Source of the DNA: Psilocybe cubensis
Lineage: Eukaryota
Assembly: GCA_017499595.2 (NCBI GenBank)
Contig: CM039001.1
Coordinates: 62,001 to 126,000, forward strand
Length of the DNA: 64,000 nucleotides
Direction of reading: 5' to 3'
Position 1 is the first letter of the stretch, and each line of letters begins with the position of its first letter. This document shows positions 12,901-27,727 of this stretch, piece after piece. The notes under the pieces were generated by a model, which was not told the origin of the DNA, did not search any database, and was given only the letters and a program-made list of their open reading frames with translations. A program made the translations under genes and the position numbers.

Positions 12901-15900
12901 CTGACTCTTGTTGACGACACTCATGGTACCTCGGAGAAGGATTTAGAAGCTTTGTTGGGTTAAGAGGGTATAACAATTTTTCTAGCTTTGTATTAACTGT
13001 ATCTCGCAGATTGAAAGATGTAACACGACTTTATACCGGACAACGTTAGCAATACTAAACGGTGCCTCTAAGCTGTCTGACTATGCAAAGGGGTGGTGAC
13101 TAGGTCCATGCAAATTTTCAGGAATCCTCGAGCCTGCCGGCTGCGAACGACGCTATATCTTTATCGTTCTCTGCGTTGGCGTAACAATGCGCTTGCCGCT
13201 TGTTTACAAACTTTCCCCCACAGATTTTAATGTACAGTGGTGAGTTCATCCCTGCCAAACCGAAACTACCGACACCTGTCCAAGTGTATCATTCTTTCAA
13301 TAAATCTGAACTTGTCAACTGGTAAACCCCTAGTATTGGATTCTGGTCCATCTGTCAGTGACTCATTTTCCTCTATTAGCCTGTAGACAGTTAGTCCGAC
13401 AATTTAAAACACAAATTACAGAATAGCCAGGATCGGTGATAATTAGTCTACCTTGTTGTTGAAGGAGTCCTAGTCTCGTCTGTGATACAACCGCCCCTCG
13501 CATTCTGAGCCGCTCCTGACCATCTCCCTTGTAGGAATGTGTATGACAACGAGTGGAGGATCTGGGAGGTAGAAGTCAACGACGCACGGTGAGTCCACTC
13601 GATCGTATGTACGTCCACGCGAATGGAATGTCAATTTGTTCTCCAGATTCAAATCAATCCGAACAGGCATTGGAGAACAACAAACAGAAGCGACTTTACC
13701 ATGCCAATTTCGCGACGGGGCGTTTATCAAATCAATATGCCGCTCCTCGTCTCCCCATCCGTTTTTACACCACTTCTCAAACATATGTATTCAGCTTAAT
13801 TCTATAGTATATGGACTAGTGCTAATTATCTGCGTAGCGTTGCCTTGAGAAACTACTTGGATTATGGAGTATGTCTTATTCGAAGGAGATACGTGGAGGC
13901 TCTCTTGGGCCATTTCAACACATTTTGGCGACTCAAAAGATGTCTAATTAGCCATGCCCCTATGTCAGTATGTAATAAAAACTGATGTATATTGAGAACC
14001 TTCTTTATTGCTCGCGTTTTCGCGCGAACGGACATGCAGGTACACACCTTTTAAATGTGTTTCTGTGTATGTATTACCATTTAAACGAACATACGGTCCT
14101 TTGCAACCGTTTAGATAGATGCCGTGAACATATACAATTTAGTTGAAATTCTGCTAATGAAATGATAAGCGCCCAGACGCGTCCTGGGCTTTACATTTGA
14201 TTTTCCAGGTATGAAAAGTGATAATACACTGCGACTGATGTCTTAAATCATACCATCACTCCTATACATCCTTCAAAGATGCCCGATACCATCAATGTCC
14301 ACCCACAATGGCGTAATGTCACCATAACGTATGCACACATCCTCCTCCCCAAATTCCGCATTTTGCACCCATTGCAGCCGCTTCCTTTTCTTTGCGACAT
14401 CCTTTCCCGATAACGTAAGACTAATCGGCTCGGACACAGCCTACCTTGAGACCTAGAAGCACGCTGGAAATGAGCTGCGACGAGATGCTCTTTGACGGAG
14501 AATACTTACGTGGCGTGCGTTTCCGCCTTGTGGGAGCGTTTTTGACCGGGTTTGTGTGTATCTTTGGAGTTTACAGGGGTTGGATGGGATGTATCTGTTC
14601 TCATATGGTCACAATTTCAGGTGCTGGAATGCAATTTGTGAAACTGACGACATATTGTTGCTGCGACTTGTAGATATCAAAATACGTCGTTTGGGACAAA
14701 TTCAGAGATGGATACGTTGAATATGGGTATGTGAGATGTAATTTCTACTAGTATGTATGTGAGTTCACTGTTCTGGATGCATCGAATTGAATACAAGGAC
14801 CCACAACGACGTTAAGCGCCTGACAAAGAAACAAGGAATAGGATTGAAAACCGTGAAATAGAAAGACATAGTACAGGACAGGGTTACCCAATGAGTGCAT
14901 GCTAATCCCTCTTTACAGTCATATCAACCCACACAGGTCAATTTTTTCAACAAACTCACCAACAATTACACCAATGCACCTATGCACATCCTCCCCGCAT
15001 CCCGATTCGCGATTCGAGCCATCCCAATTGCCTCCATTCCACACGGCACATCCCGCTCTTACCACCTAACTACTCGGCTCCGCTAGCGAGCTTTAAAATT
15101 TTTTTGTTCTTCAAATCCCTAGAAGATTTGTGAAATGAGAAACAACGACACTCATTGCAGCATGGTACGTACGTGGAATCCGGTTCTGCACTGTTCTCGC
15201 GGATTGGAGGGGTGGGGAATTTTGGATGGTGCATTTGGGTGGGTGTGAATAGGAGATCTTGGTGTGGATGTGAGGTTGGTGTAGTGTAGAAGAGATGCAG
15301 GTGTCTTGTACGTGCCCTCATCGTCTAATCAACACTCTTACTCCAATATGCTGATGTTCAGGAGCCCCTGAGGGATGTTGTTTGCTTGATTCAGTCCGTG
15401 AGTGAGTGTTAAAGTTGTACTGCAGCTGCTAATCCGTTGTGGAAATCAATATTGTTGAGTTGCATGCAGTTAAGCGCCGAAATAAACAAGTTCTATATAC
15501 ATATAATTGAATGCACAAATCTCGTATAAAAACGATCCATATACCTACCAGCATACCAAAGATTTTCAAACACTCCAAGGCATCCGCAAAGCACAACTGA
15601 TTGTGCAATTCCATCCCATGTAACAGGATTCTCTCCTCGCCCAAATTGCCGTTTCACGACATTTCAATGCATTTATTTTCGATTTCGATCCGATATAGTA
15701 CTAGGCTCGGCTATTCATAATGTCAGATGCACTAGTGGGGACACTATGTTCAATTTTTTGCATCCAGAAGATGGAATATGTACGCACTGCAACGAACACG
15801 AAATGCGCAAAGCATCAATTTCTGCTCGTAGTGTACGTACATACATACGAGTCTTGAATGCGTGAATTGAATACCGCATTCCACAAATCGCAGTAAATCA

Positions 15901-16005
15901 AACATAGCAGTTTACCAACTGCACCAGAACGCCGTGAAATGCACATTGGATACATTGGTACATACACACCAATCCTAACCTGCTACATATATAATTGTAT
16001 TTACC

Positions 16006-16110
16006 AACCCTAACCAGCCTAATCTGTGCTTTTATGGTATTATCAAATCCCAACCAACCCTAAAATCTAAACCCTAACCAACGCTAATATGTGCTTTGTG
16101 GTGGTGTATA
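16006..16110 (+). repeat. Subtelomeric repeat with CCCTAA motifs (copy 2)
   Basis: ccaaccctaacc..ctaatctgtgcttt..cccaaccaaccctaa..aaccctaaccaacgctaatatgtgctttgtgg. Confidence 0.75.
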
Positions 16111-19100
16111 TCGCACATTTTTGTTGTCTGAGCAGTTCAATAGTGTATTTAGAGTGCTAGAGTCGTGGAATAGGGTACTCAGTACCTGAATCAATGCTTC
16201 AATTAAGTGTTGTACGGCTGAGCAAGGTTAGAAATATCAAAATATGTTAAGCGCCCGAATACACTTTCAACACAATGAGGCAGAAACAAGAGAATACCTC
16301 AATGTTAAAGCCAATACTCAGATACTACTGTACGTTTGTATAATACTCTATACCCTACAGTACTCCTATGACCCATACCAAGTCAACAATCACAAAAAAT
16401 ATATCAAAACTTCAACTCACATACATGTCCACATCCTCCCCCTCCCCCAATTCTCAATTCCAGCCTGTTTCCAACGTTTCCTTTCGTTATGGGTCTTTTC
16501 GGGCAATAGCGGGGACCTGCTCAGCTCGGATAAACTGCCGTTATGCAACCTAGAAGGTCTGCGAAATGAGAGAAATGACATCCGTCCCTTAGCATTTGGA
16601 GGATTCAACGTACGTGGCGTGCCATTCTGCGTCGTTTCCGCGTCTTTCCCGGAAAAAGGAGCTTCAGTGTACGTTGGTGGTCATGTAATTCCGCCGATTA
16701 AGCCCAGAGTAATGCTTGGTAGGTCAGAAATTTTGTTCTATTTGCGTTCTGTCGTGGGGAGTCATGCCCTCATTATTCAAATAATGTTTTTACCTAGAAT
16801 ACGTCTGTTTCAATATAAAGCCTCCCCTCATTGAAGTGAAATTTACCTAAACTGTCCGTATGTCTTTGAGATTTACTGTGCCCGGAATGTGATATACAAC
16901 ATTGCATTGAATGTAACCATCAATTAAGCGCCGAAAATGCGCATCTTTGCATACAACAGAGATCACATACCTGTACTCGGCTGATATAGACGTCAGCAAA
17001 CCCCTACTACACCCCTCTAAACCACCATCCCAGCTGAACATTTCCAACAGCCTACTCAATCCCCATCTAACCGGATCCGCTCCTCCTCTCCCAAATCAGC
17101 ATTCCACCCCATTTCAATTGCATTCTTCAACTTCGGCTCCGACACGACACTAGCTTGAGAACCCTTGGCTATCCATAACGGCAGATCGACTAGCTGAAGC
17201 AGCGGCGTTCATTTGTTGCTGCTCAGAAGATGGATTCGCTGGGTCAACTCCAAGACAATTGTCCGCACACCAGGAGTGCTAGAACGCCATTTCTGCGTCG
17301 ATTTGATTAATTGGGTGTTTCAGGTGAATGTTTCTCAGTACGTACGAGTTCCCGAGTGAAGAAAATTTGTAAAATTTTGAGAGATTGTTTGAGATACATT
17401 GAGATTTGGGTATCCGCTCTTTGGGATATTTTGATTATCAGGGCGTATACAACAAATTACAAGCTTTGGACATAGCTTCTACAATACTTATCTGTATCCT
17501 GTTGTTCTGCATGACTTGTGCTTATGCACTAAATAGTCCTGTCGAGTGTTTTTTCAATCTGCTCAAACATGTTAGCTCAGGAAGACTGAGGGATGCAACA
17601 TGCACGTCACTCAAAGCTGGATTTATTCCATGAAGCACGAACACTTGCTGTCAATTTGCGTCGTTCATGAAGCATCATACGAGAATCTCTGTTGTGGGCA
17701 GAGAGCTAGAGGCTGTGCACAATAAAGGGCGCCTACTTCGGTGAGTTTTATTCGTGTGTGTCTTGACGATGACGTTGAAAATGATTGCTAGCACGGTGCA
17801 GAAGGTTGTGGCGCGACGAGGATCCGTGGAGATGGGCGAAGGAAGGTGTTGTAGGGTGCTGTATGCGACAGGAGATGAGCTAGAGAACATTGTTACTGCA
17901 GGTATGTACCGTTGACTTGGTGAATGACCCAGGCTGACAGCGAAATTGAGGCGCGAGTGATTGCTGTCGATACGCCTTGACTGCGACCTCGTACCATGGG
18001 GGTTGGTAAGGTCCTTGTCGGGCTCGTGTTGTTGAGGTTGAGGTGATAATGAGAGTGGAAAGAGGGGATGCCCGGATGTTGTGGGGTGTTGTGGCTGTCT
18101 GTGTGAGTGTTCTTTGTGGATATCGAGTGCAGGCTAACTGTGCAGTTCCTTAACACCACGACGGCGCACTGAACACTGCCCGTCAAATTTATGCTGACGT
18201 TGTCACTGGGTGGTATGTCAGCCTGCTGAATGTGCGTTGTAAAACACAACGATGGGTCGTGGTGCTGAAGGGCAAGCAGGTGTTATGGGTATCGTATGGG
18301 CAGTGTCTGCTGACAAGAGATGAAATGAAGGTCTGGGAAGCTTTGAAAACGATGTGACGTACATTTAACGCAATCAATGTTGAGCAGTACGAGGCTGACA
18401 GAAGAATTGAGGTGCGAGGCGTTTCAATAGTCAACAGTTGACGACTGGCGGTGTTTGTACCAAGAGGACGGGTGAGTTCCTTGTCGGGCACGATGTGACA
18501 GTTGGTAAACACGATGGCTAGTAAGTAATGTGCGACGATGGACCCAGTATGCGTTCGGAACAGGTCGAGTGAGAGCAAGTGTTGTGGGTATTGTATGAGA
18601 AGTGTCTCCAGCCGGGGGATGAGTTGGGCGTCTAGAAATCGTTGAATGACAACGGTACGTACCTTTTTCGCAGTCGATGTCGAGTACCAGGCCGAAAGCA
18701 AGGTTGAGGCGCAATGACTCGCTCTTGATCAGGAATTGTCCATCGGCGAGGTCGTACAATGAGGATCTCTGTTGTGGGCGGAGAGCTTGAGCCTGTACAT
18801 AATGAATGGCGCCTACGTTGGTGAGTTTTATGCTTTTGCATGCCGACAACGATGTTGAAACCGATGAGCAGCACGATGAGCAAGGTTGAGGTGTGAGGAT
18901 TGGTAGAATTGAGGTGGAGGCATGTTGTGAAGTAGCAGGTGGAGTGTCTGTTGACAGGGAATGAATTGGACACCTGGAAACCTTTGAATGACAGTACGTA
19001 CCTTTATCACGATGGATGTTGAATACCAGGCTGACAGAAATAAAAAGGGTTGCTCATCGTTGACCAGCGACCATAAAGACGGCTGTCGGTAGTGTCGAGG

Positions 19101-20306
19101 GTTAATGAGAGAGGGAGGGAAGTGCGCAATATGAGTTTTAGGTGAGTTTTTACGGTTGTACATGGAAGGCCACATAGCGATGCACTAAAGTAACAAGGAG
19201 TGTAAGATGCAGATGGAGGGTATGGGTGACGAGTCACCTGTCTCAACGGGTGACGATGGAGAGGTGGTGGAGGGTGACCGGTGAAGAGCCAAGTGGGATA
19301 GACAATGACCATTGTATACAGTAAAATGACAAGGAATAATAGGAGAGTGAATAGATATGATTCAAGCACATCTATTCAATGAATGGGAATAGCAGCGCTT
19401 CTTTCACGCACCTGTGCGCCCATCAAAAACACATTTCTTTCATCCCGTCATCAAACTCTCCCTCACCCTGAGCTCACTGGCGCCAACTCACATTCTGGAT
19501 CCCCACAGGACCATGCACCAGCGCACGCAAAAGTCTCGTTACAGTCTAAGCGGCATGGAGCGCTTGTCCTGGGCCTTGTTTTCGACAGCGTGCCTCGAGG
19601 AGTGGGGATCAGGACAGCCGTGTATGTGATTCTGATAGAGGTGCACCAGGTGATAGACTACGGACGACGTATTCTCAGAGAAGCCTCAGCAATTGGATGA
19701 CGGTTGGTGGTTGTAGTGAGGGCTTGGAGATTGGTAGAGAGAGATAGAGGGTAAGACAATATTTACTCACTCATATCCATACACGCACACGCTCGCCCTC
19801 TACAAAAAGCCCTCTTCATACCCAACAAGCAGTTTTCCACACCCCACACCTGCGCACGGGTGCACGCACTAGGGGACCACTGCTCAATGGGCCCCGCCAG
19901 ACGCTGCGTCTACACGCCACTCGTCGTCGAATCCGTACTCGTCAATATCAAGGCCGATGTGTTCACGCGCATACAGTCCATCAGCATCGAGTTCAGGGAG
20001 CCTTGCAGGGGGCTCAAGCGGGAGCTCAGTTGGCAAGTGTGAATATTTCAATGAGCATCGACAACCACATCGTGGCGGAGCGCGGAAGCTCCTCTCCTCT
20101 CCACAGCGAGTCCAATGGCCTTGTTTCCCTATCGAGCTCGCTGCTGGAATTGTCTTGAAAACAGGTGAGCTCGAGCTGTTGAATAGCGCGCAGTCACTTA
20201 CCACGTCGTTCTCAGCCACCCGACATGCTTCAAAGGTGAGTCGACACGCCCAGCGACCTCACCCTATCGTTGTAAACAACCCGCTACAGGTACAGACACA
20301 AACGTA

Positions 20307-20480
20307 ACCAACCCTAACCGGACTAATCTGTGCTTTTGTGGTATATCGAGTCCCAACCAACCCTAATGCTAAACCCTAAACCATCCTAATCTGTATTTTT
20401 GTGGTCACCACCAACCCTAAACTATAAACCCTAACCAATGCTAATATGTGCTTTGTGGTGTAGGTGTTACAATTGTTGTC
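20307..20480 (+). repeat. Subtelomeric repeat with CCCTAA motifs (copy 3, three sub-units)
   Basis: Three ~55-65 bp sub-units of the form ccctaa(a)cc..ctaatNtgtRYttt..gtgg; similar to 1-60 and 16006-16110. Confidence 0.75.
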
Positions 20481-21715
20481 AGGTATGTTCACCTTGCATC
20501 CATCCACACGGATTACTTGCTTGATTCGCATAGCACCATCTCATATCTAGTGCAAATACCCTGTTAGACTAGCCTAGTGACATTTGAAACACACCTGCGA
20601 GTAATTCAATGCCCCATTTTCTCTGTGAGGCGAATGCAAAGTGGCACCACATACATCTCCTCCTGCCCCAAATCACAAAATACAATGATTCTGAACATTC
20701 TCTGCATCTACCTAGCATTCAAGCGTTACATAATGACACCGGGAGCCTCCGTCGTTAATATGTAAAGAAGTTGGATGTACTTGAATCAAAGTTGAACATG
20801 GATCAAAGCCACACACTCGGTTTCAACGTACCTGGGCAGTAAACGAAGGAATACAGTTGTTCCATGAATATTCTGTGTAGTAGCATACTATGGGCCGATG
20901 TGGAATATGTAATATAGAGAGAATCAAACACTCAGACGTCATTTGGGTGAGAAATGAGAGTGGCATTTGTTAAGCGCCCAAACCAACAACCTTGTATATT
21001 TCAAACACAAAGAAGATATTTCTCGCACAATCGATTATCAAACGGTAATACAGAGTAAGGGACTGCATTACTAACATGATATGTCGAGACAGAACTGACT
21101 TGAATGAGATTTGCAAACAGGATGACGAGAACCAGTCGATGGATCTCATGCGGCCTCGTCCTCCAGCTCCAATTCCGCGTTTCTAGCGTGAAGGACGCCA
21201 TTTCCTCGCATCTCATGCTGTCATTAATAAACATACGCCGTGAGTACTAATACGACATTAGGGGCGACATTTGGAAAGCGAGAATGCATTGAATGGACGG
21301 TACGGGAATCATATACCTCGTATTTCCCATCCATACTTTGCACGTATGGGGAGTAATGACTGGATTACATGCCTCTGACATATTACAAGTCAATGTTAAT
21401 TGAGAATATGAGTATGTTCCATGAAATGAAAGTTCAATGGATACTCGCCATAATCACTCCTCCACTCGTCATTTTCTAGATTCGTGTTAATAACACATTC
21501 AGGAGAGATAATTAAGAAGCATTTGATACCACTCACACATGGAATAGCAGTCCCATCCTACAACCATAGTGGGACTCGAGACAAGAACCCTAAATGCGAA
21601 GTCAACTAACCAGCCTTCTCCTCCTGCCCTATTTCGCCGTTTCTCACCTTTTCAAACGCTGTTCCTTCTTGAACACATATGAGTATCTCTGCATTTCACC
21701 ATATGTATCCGAGTG

Positions 21716-21779
21716 ACATGAGTTGGGATGCTGTGTAGACGGTCAATACATGAGTTGGGATGCTGTGTAGACGGTCAAT
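21716..21779. repeat. Perfect 32-bp tandem duplication
   Basis: acatgagttgggatgctgtgtagacggtcaat occurs twice in tandem. Confidence 0.95.
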
Positions 21780-24700
21780 TAGTGGACTTGACATTTAAAG
21801 CGAATGAAGGCACACATATGTTATCCTTGTTTTCTGGAACTCCAAGCGTGTTTGCATAATATTTTCTTGTTTGAGTGAGGCTGGGAGAATGTATCGTATA
21901 CTGAATGATGTACAATGGCTGATAACGACCTCAGGAATTCTGCGAAAACTAATCGTCGTGATACGCACCTAATATCCATGATTTTGTATGTACATACCAT
22001 TCTCATACGGCCGCCACGCGTTCAAAGTATCTAGGTATTCAATTCAGTGTATTGAGGTCGTATGAGAATGGTATTTCAAGTTGATACACAACTCACTGGA
22101 CTTGGATATCTGAATCTCGATTCCCAACCCTCCTCCATCCCCCATTCACCCTAGCTCTCGTTTGCAAACGATTGCTTCGCTTCCGGGTGTTTTAGATATT
22201 CCCATCAGTCCTAAACATAATTACGACACCCATCAGTAGAGATGTAACTGAGAACCAAGAAAATTCCAGCATAAATTTTTATGAGTGTGCGGAGAACCTG
22301 GACAGCGGTTCTGAATGGAGAACGGTGGTTATGGTTGTAATTGAGGTGTGGTGCGTGTTTGGCAGACTTTGGGGTTACGATACCGTTATCCGGGTGGCGT
22401 TTATGGGGGATCTAGAGCTAAGTGCAGTCGAAATTGAACCGACACCTGTTTGAAGTTGAAGCCCAATGCACAAGTAGGAAACTCCTAAAATACACGCAAT
22501 TGACATAATATCCGTGCCAGAAGAACATAGCAGCACCGTCTAACAAGCAATAGTAAGAGTGCTTCGTCACTTGATACCACAAAGGAAACTCCAAGTCGTC
22601 AAGATACAAATGTGGAGAATGACATGCCCGTGGTCTTCCACCCCCAACTCGTCCATTTTCCGTGTTCCAAACGCTCGTTTCTCGCGCGGACCTGAGTTCC
22701 TTTCATCACAGAGTTACATTTCAGGGGTATCGGGTTCTGACACTATGACCAATGCTCAGAAGACAAAATATCAACGGCGAATCAAGATATTTGGATATAA
22801 TGTATCCTCGTCTCCTTTCCCAGCGCGATTTCGCCACCTCCTGCATTCATTCGCTTTCCAGCGGTGCACTCAACGTAAGGTACTCTATGACGTACGTTAT
22901 TGACATGTTTTGAACCTAGAAAATGCCCAGCGATAGCGGTAATCGCAACAAAGATAGGAAGTTTGCAACTCACCGTGAAGAAAGTAATACATGCATTTTG
23001 CCATGTATATCTTAGGTAGACACTTGCAGATACAATGGATTAGTGAACGACATCTGTGTGCACTATAAGTGAGTCGAAATGTATTAATACACGTTGGAAT
23101 TGTCAAGTTTTATTGAGATGTATCTACACGATGAGGTCTACTTCCAACGCAAATTAGAGTTCAACACAGTGATATGCAGCTAATGATTAACGCGGAGAAG
23201 CTTGGAATATCATGTCCATACAAGTCTGGACTTTCCAAACATCCGTCAAGTGCTCCAAATAACATAAACGACATACACGTATATGCAAATACAACATAAA
23301 TACACCCGTAAAACAGCTAATACGAGATACATACCTACATTCCCCACCCATCCCAACCCAAACACACAGACCCAGACTGCTCGCATGTTGAATAGACCGC
23401 GTACAATGCTGACACTACATTCTCTCCTCCTCCCCATTTACACATTTGCAGGTCATTCGAACCGCTCCCTTTTCACTCCCGTCGCGTTTCAGACCCATTA
23501 CGACACCTTTACACACCTGATTGAACTATCTGTCAAAGAGAAATGAGAGAAAGACGCAGTGAACTCGACAAACCTTGGTATGAGCTAGCAGCACCTACAG
23601 CGCGAAATACGCTGTTTGGGACGTGTCTGTGGACATGTAGGGGATACCTGGGTACTTGAGTGATATCCGGAAATTGTTTATGGGGGTTACTAAAGCTGTG
23701 TATCGTCAATGGATTAGTTTCATGTGTGTATGTTGCAATTATCCGTTTGCACTGATTACACTCACATAAACACCTACCTGTGTCTTTGGAAATGTTGAGT
23801 GTAGGTATAGGGTCAGTGTATAACCATAATTAAAATCTCAATTTGAGGATTGTGAAAGCAATTCCAATACTCATTGAAATGAGACCTATACGTACCTCGG
23901 AACTCGTTCTCCTCCATCCCGAATCCACCGCTCTTCTCTCAAATTTCGAGCTGGATTCATATCAGCCCTTAATTTATCAATAGATACTAGTAACACTCAC
24001 GTAGTACGTAGTCTCATAATTTTCAAGTTGCAACATGAAATTTTTTATCCATCCCCGGAGAACACCACTCAATGAATGCAACAATACAATGCTAGAGCAA
24101 AAAACAACGTACAAGCGGTAGCTTAGTCATATATCAAATCCATCCTAGTCCCTTCCGGATGCTCAGAACCATCTCCAAGTTTGAGCTTTTGCAACACAAC
24201 TCACCAAGTGCACATGAACGGGATACGACACTACCACACCTTCCCCGTCCCAATCTTCCAAAAGAACGCGGTTTTAATCGTCTGGAAATTAGGTCGTCAG
24301 GGTCCTATTTGGGTGATGTATTGTCAACGTCAGGTCTAGCGGCGTCTTGAAAAAAAAGTTGGAAACTAGAGCTCAAAGGAATTGGTGGAGATGATCTGTA
24401 ATTCAATGAATTAGCTTGTTTCCATTGAGAATTTTATTATACATACCTCTCTAACGCGATGGGAGTAGTATACCATGTAGCAGAATGAAGTGGGTACTCT
24501 GACCAGAGTTTCACGGTATGAGGAAAGTTATCATTGCATGAGCTGCCCGATTTTAACTTGAAACAAAATATCGAAATCAACATGAAATGAACAAACTGTG
24601 TGCTCAACAAAACATGAAAACATATCTATTCAAGATCTACAGACAGACAGGAGTGTAAGATACAGAAGCACAGTGTACATACACTCGGCTAACGCTCGGT

Positions 24701-26229
24701 TCGCGCTCAAATCGTCTGTTGATCCCAAAATTGGACCCTGAAAGCAGCACGGTACAACCCAAAAATGGATAGCGTAGTGGGTGTATGTACAGCGGCGTGT
24801 TTGGGGACTATAAAAGGGACCGTGAGTCGACTCAATTTTTCTCATCCCGCTCCTCCTCCTCTGCCCAGCTCAGGGGGTCTCTCCCCTCTCTCCTCTGCTC
24901 TCCAATTTTCTCCTCTTCGCTCCGCGTCCTCTGGTAACCAACGTCATCGTGTGAGCTGGGGGTTTGCCGCCGCGACTGACGACTTTTTTTGTTGTTTGAA
25001 TGCCAGGTCATCACCTGTGAAGACCCAAGGTAAGCAAACCAACACAGACGCGTCCAGCGACTCACCTTGACACCCACACAGGCCCCTCGACTCGACGGTG
25101 ACTTCACCCAAATGCGCCGTGTCGCCGTCATTGGTGAGTCCCAGTCATACGAAGTGCCCACTGACCTCATCCCAACGTGTCTCTTCCAGTCAGCGGCATC
25201 TGTGTTGTCTGACACCCATTGGAGGTAAGTAATCGTGCATAGACGTGTCCAGCTACTCACATTGACGAACCCACGTTGACACATGCAAGCCTCTTTGAAA
25301 CACACGAGACCCTTCACACGACACCTTGACTATCACCAACTGCACTCGTTGGTGAAGATGCACCGGGGCGCTGTTATTGGTGTGGTGAGTCCAAGTCACA
25401 GTAAACCGAACATGCCGACTGACTCACCTCATCCGACGCGTCTGTTCCTGCCGCGGTCTTCTTGAATGCCAGGTGCGCCTAGAGGTGAGTAGTCCACGAC
25501 AGATGTGTCCGACGCACACAAAACCCCTCGAAAAAATGACCTTGACTATCACTGACCAGCGTTCGCTGTTGAAGATGCACTTCGACGGCGTCATTGGTGA
25601 GTGCCAGTCACAATTAAACGGACACGCTCACTGACTCACCTCATCCCGACGCGCCTCTTTCAGCCAGCGGCTTTGTGAATGCCAGGCCATAGTGTCATCT
25701 GGTGCCCAGAGGTGAGTAGTAGTCCAGCGCAGACGTGTCTAGTCACTCACCTTGACAGAGATCCGACGTCAACACAGGCAAAGCCATCCATCCTGTCGTC
25801 ATATTACAGAACCACCACGCCGTTTACGTGTCCTCCAGCCCGTCGCTATTGTCTGTCAGTATGATACTGAGGGTGAGTGTCCGTGCTGTGCATCTGGCTA
25901 GGTCCTGCGGATGCGCATCGGCGACGGTGGAGTGGGAATAACCGTGAGTAACGATGTAGAAAGACACATGCAACTACTCACCGTCTGCAAGATGCGCTAC
26001 TGCCCAGCATCCCATCCTGCTCAACCCCGCTTCCCTTGTTCACTACAAGATTGCGCCCATCCAACTACCCCTGACGGGTTTGGGAAAGTATGGCGCCGGG
26101 TGCGAGCAATAGCAAAGGGTGGGGAGAGGATGGTGTGTGGTGATGGTGGTTTCTGTGGTTTCATGTAAAAGCAATGGAGGGCATGTAAAGCACTCACCGA
26201 ACTTGACATATCAATCCTTTGTCCCCTCT

Positions 26230-27403
26230 GCATTTCGCGAGTGTTTCAAGCTTTCCTTCCTTGCAAAGACGCCAGTTCGCAAAGTGCAAATGAAACTGAA
26301 TGCTACTCACCTAGAGCCAGGTTTGTTCTGAGGGTTCACATCAATCACTGGCTAGCTATGAAAGCCGTCCGTTTTGCGTTGTGTTGCAGTGAGATTGGTA
26401 TTAATCAAATATATGCGTCATTTGAGACCATGGTTTTGTGAACCCTGAAGCGCACGATTGACACGGGAGGGTCGGAGTTTGAATGTCCTTGACAACAGCA
26501 AGGACAAACAACATGACTCTGGGGGTCGAGGGTCGGCGGCGGTGGCGGCTGCGAGTGCGGCTGCGTGGAGGTGCCGGCACAACGACACGCAGCAGATTGC
26601 ATGTTGTTGTGGGCGGCGAGTGGAGGCGGCGGCGGGACGACAGGTGGCGAGTGGAGGCGGTGCGGCGGCAGCAACAGGCGACGAGTGGAGGTGGCGGCGG
26701 CAGCAGCGGCCCGGGTGTGGCGGCGCAACGACACGCAGCAGAGTGCGTGTTGTGGTGGGCGGCGACTAGACGCGACGGCGGGACGACGCGCGGTGACGTC
26801 GTGACGACAGGCGGCAACGGCGGGATGACACGCGGTGACGGCTGAACGACAGGCGTCGAGTGGAGGTGGCGGCAGCAGCAGCGGCCCGGAGGTGGCAGTG
26901 CGACAACACGCAGCTGCGAGCGCAGGCGTCAGGCAGGTGGCGAGCGCAGGCGTCGGGATAGCGAGCGCAGGCGTCGGGAGACAGGCGGGAGGCTGGCCTC
27001 CACTTGCGCGTACGATGTGCGCATGACTCGAGGCCGGCCTCAGGTGGCCTCGACGTGTTTATTTTTAGTTGGAGGCCGGCCTCCAGTGCCTGTCACTTTT
27101 TATTTTTAGACGGAGGCCGGCCTCCAGTGCCTGTCAAAGTTATTTTTAGACGGAGGCCGGCCTCCAGTGACCTCCATCAATTTGGAGGCCGGCCTCCAGT
27201 GGCCTCCATCAATTTGGAGGCCGGCCTCCATAAATTACATATTTAATTATGTAGCACCTCCGTATGTACAAAATAAAATATTTTGAAAATGGATTTGGGG
27301 GTTTTTGAGGTCGAGGAATCCGAATCTGGCATTAGATTTCAGGAATTCTAAACAGGAGGCCCAATGCAACGAAGGCCCCCCCTTCGGGGGGGAATAAGCC
27401 TAG
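26230..27403 (+). mobile_element. Non-autonomous Helitron-like element, copy 4 (may extend upstream to ~24.8 kb)
   Basis: GC-rich repeats shared with copies 2 and 3, palindrome array ~26987-27229, tail, hairpin 27376-27392, CTAG 27400-27403. Confidence 0.65.
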
Positions 27404-27727
27404 GTAAGGACCCAGGTAAGCTATTTATACTCTAGACATGTGAATATTCCCATGTCGCGGTTACTCGGAGCCACGTAACCAGAGTACTCTATATCCATGT
27501 GATTCACATCACAGTCAATAACCCACGATGTCAAAGAACAAAAGTGTTGGATCCACTTTTGACAAGTTACCATGTGCCACATCGACCCGTGACACTCTGT
27601 TCATCAGAGACCTGTCTAACTTGACAATAAACATTGACAGATTTGTGATTGTCGGTAAGATACATGACAGCTGCGCAGCATCACTTCACGCGCTGTCATC
27701 GGATGTCTAGAACATTCCTTCTAAGAA

